A DNA stretch of 64,000 nucleotides, taken from assembly GCA_958009085.1 (NCBI GenBank), contig OY253677.1, positions 930,001 to 994,000 of the forward strand. The letters run 5' to 3'. A model generated the notes under the pieces. It saw only the letters and a program-made list of their open reading frames with translations, ran no database searches and was not told where the DNA came from. Positions 62,216-64,000 of this stretch are shown here, piece by piece; position 1 is the first letter of the stretch, and each line of letters starts with the position of its first letter. A program made the position numbers and the translations under genes. The stretch comes from Protoeuglena noctilucae. Taxonomy: Eukaryota.

Positions 62216-62936
62216 GGCGCAGACCGAGGTGCGCAGGAAGCGGGGGTATCCTGCAAACGAAGGCCTTATACGCGCGTTCGGAGTAGCACTGCGGGCCTGG
62301 ATAGAGCGAAACGGTGCAGACGCATCCGTGGCCACGCCCTGGAAACGGGTGCTCCCGCCCGCGGCATCGGAGCTCGCCGGGCCAGATCCCCTGTGCATCG
62401 AGGACAGAAGCTAGCAAGGGAAACGTGGCGATCAGCCAAGGCCGGCAACAGTGCATAAGCGACCCGCACGATTGAAAAGCCGTGTGCCGCGCCCACGACC
62501 AGGCTCGAGTCGCCCGTTTCCTCAAGCACCGCTATCATAATGATGTCTGCTATCTGGGCCGCGGATCTCCCGCTCACCGGGGACCTTGGTGGTGCCCAAC
62601 ACCGTGCGAGCCAGGGACGGCCTGGCGAACGTGGCCATGGGGCGCCTGTGATGCGATTCCGCTGCTGCCGGACGACCTTGGTGGCACAAGCTCAGTAATA
62701 AATGATGGCACCTCGCCGGCTGCGATCATGGCCGGACCGGTCGGACTGACCCTGAGTCCGGGCCGCGGCCGGTGTCGCAGGCGCTGTCGGGGGGTCGCCC
62801 TTGGTAGGGAAGAGAAAAACGGACGCGCAGTGTCGCGCAATCTGCCGGAACCGGCCAAGTTAGTGTGCGCGGGCTGGCCCACCTCGCGGCAGCCGAACCT
62901 CGCGCTTTCGCGCCTGTCACCTGACGCGTAAGAACC

Positions 62937-64000
62937 ATGTCGAAGACGGTGAAGATGAAGGGGCTCACGGTGAGGAACCTCGTGGCTCCCCTTGCCACGC
63001 GGATGGGCACGCGCCAGTGCGCCTCGCAAGCGGCCTGGCCCCGCACCTGATGGACGCTGCGAGGCCCCAGCCCGCACCTTACCCTGTCCGTGACGTGGAC
63101 GCTGGGCCTGGTTTCCTGACGCGGGATTCCAGGGCGCGAGTGGGGCGCTTCAAAAGCGCGCAAGCTTTTCTTCCCTCCCGGCGACATCTGCGCCCGGCTC
63201 TTTGCGCGCATCCGCATGAGTTGCTTTGCGACAGCTGGCTCGCGAGTGCAGTCCCTCACAAGCGTCGGTGCAGGGGCGCTAAAGGGTCGGGTCTGCTCTG
63301 CGTGTCCGTCCTTGCCTGCGGAAGCCGCCCGCATTCGGCCCTCGGCGCCTCTCCCGCAGAACTTCATCCAGGAGATTCGGGATTGCACGTCTAAGGAGCA
63401 GGAGGAGGCGCGCGTGGCCAAGGAGCTCGGCAACATCCGGTGAGGGCAGCACTCCTCGCGCGCCGCCTGCGCCCCGGTGCCCGGATCCGCGCCTTGCGCG
63501 CGCTCTTGCAAGAACCGGATGCATTCGTGCCGGACCCGATCGCCCCCGCCCCGCGCGCAGTGCGAAGTTCAAGGCGGAGAAGGGCGTGTCGGCATATGAC
63601 CTCAAGAAGTACACGTGGAAGCTCATGTACATCCACATGCTGGGGTATCCGATCGAATTCGGGCACATGCAGGCGAGCGAGCAGCGGGTCGGCGCGACGC
63701 CGCGGGGGCGGCGACACCGGGCGTGCCTGCGCTGCCCGCGCATGGCTGTGCAGAGACCCGGCGAGGCAAAGCAGTGGCCCCCTGCGTCTCTCATCCCTCT
63801 TCCTCACCTGTGAGACACCTGGCCCACTCCTCTGCTCCCCCAGGCCCTGGAGCTCATGTCCGCCCCCGCGTATGGGGACAAGCAGGTGGGGTACATGGCC
63901 CTGTCGCTGATGCTGGCGGAGGACCACGAGTTCTCCCGGATGTGCATCAACAGCATCAAGAGCGACCTGCTGTCCAACAACGAGGCCTCCATGTGCCTGG
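62937..64000 (+). CDS. AP2A: AP-2 adaptor complex subunit alpha (5' part, runs off window)
   Basis: MKGLT|NFIQEIRDCTSKEQEEARVAKELGNIR|AKFK...YDLKKYTWKLMYIHMLGY..FGHMQ|ALELMSA..YGDKQVGY. Confidence 0.94.

Noticed and set aside
1..64000. Hundreds of long overlapping six-frame ORFs rich in Arg/Pro/Gly/Ala
   Set aside because: These are expected shadow ORFs in very GC-rich DNA. They lie antisense or off-frame to recognisable spliced genes.
1..64000. tRNA/rRNA genes, CRISPR arrays, transposons, telomeric arrays
   Set aside because: I saw no cloverleaf, repeat-spacer array, transposase/RT motif, terminal repeat or TTTAGGG array by eye.

Overview
This is a gene-dense, very GC-rich eukaryotic window with short spliceosomal introns. 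It most likely comes from a photosynthetic, flagellum-bearing chlorophyte green alga (LHCII gene, PPD1, NME7, TGTAA poly(A)-type signals). I assembled about 25 intron-containing genes by hand. Recognisable ones are FEN1, a DUF1995 protein, APC1, PPD1, NME7, CNNM, a Big/Ig-like multi-TM protein, a RAP-like protein, a stand-alone lipoyl-domain protein, RPS25, TRM1, CTF18, LHCBM, TMEM214, an alpha/beta-hydrolase::YrdC(Sua5/TsaC) fusion, MsrB and AP-2 alpha (5' part). The rest are hypothetical genes, and there are two 200-N gaps. Main observations: (1) about 24 introns appear to use non-canonical GC 5' splice sites, all after exonic AG and mostly AG|GCGAG; (2) an esterase/lipase-type hydrolase is fused in frame, within one exon, to the t6A enzyme YrdC; (3) a lipoyl domain lacks its lipoyl-lysine; (4) CNNM has an in-frame TAG inside an 18-nt GT..AG segment; (5) there are frameshifts in FEN1 (before the PIP box) and in the Ig-like gene. 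All gene models are manual, with no database searches, and terminal coordinates are approximate.
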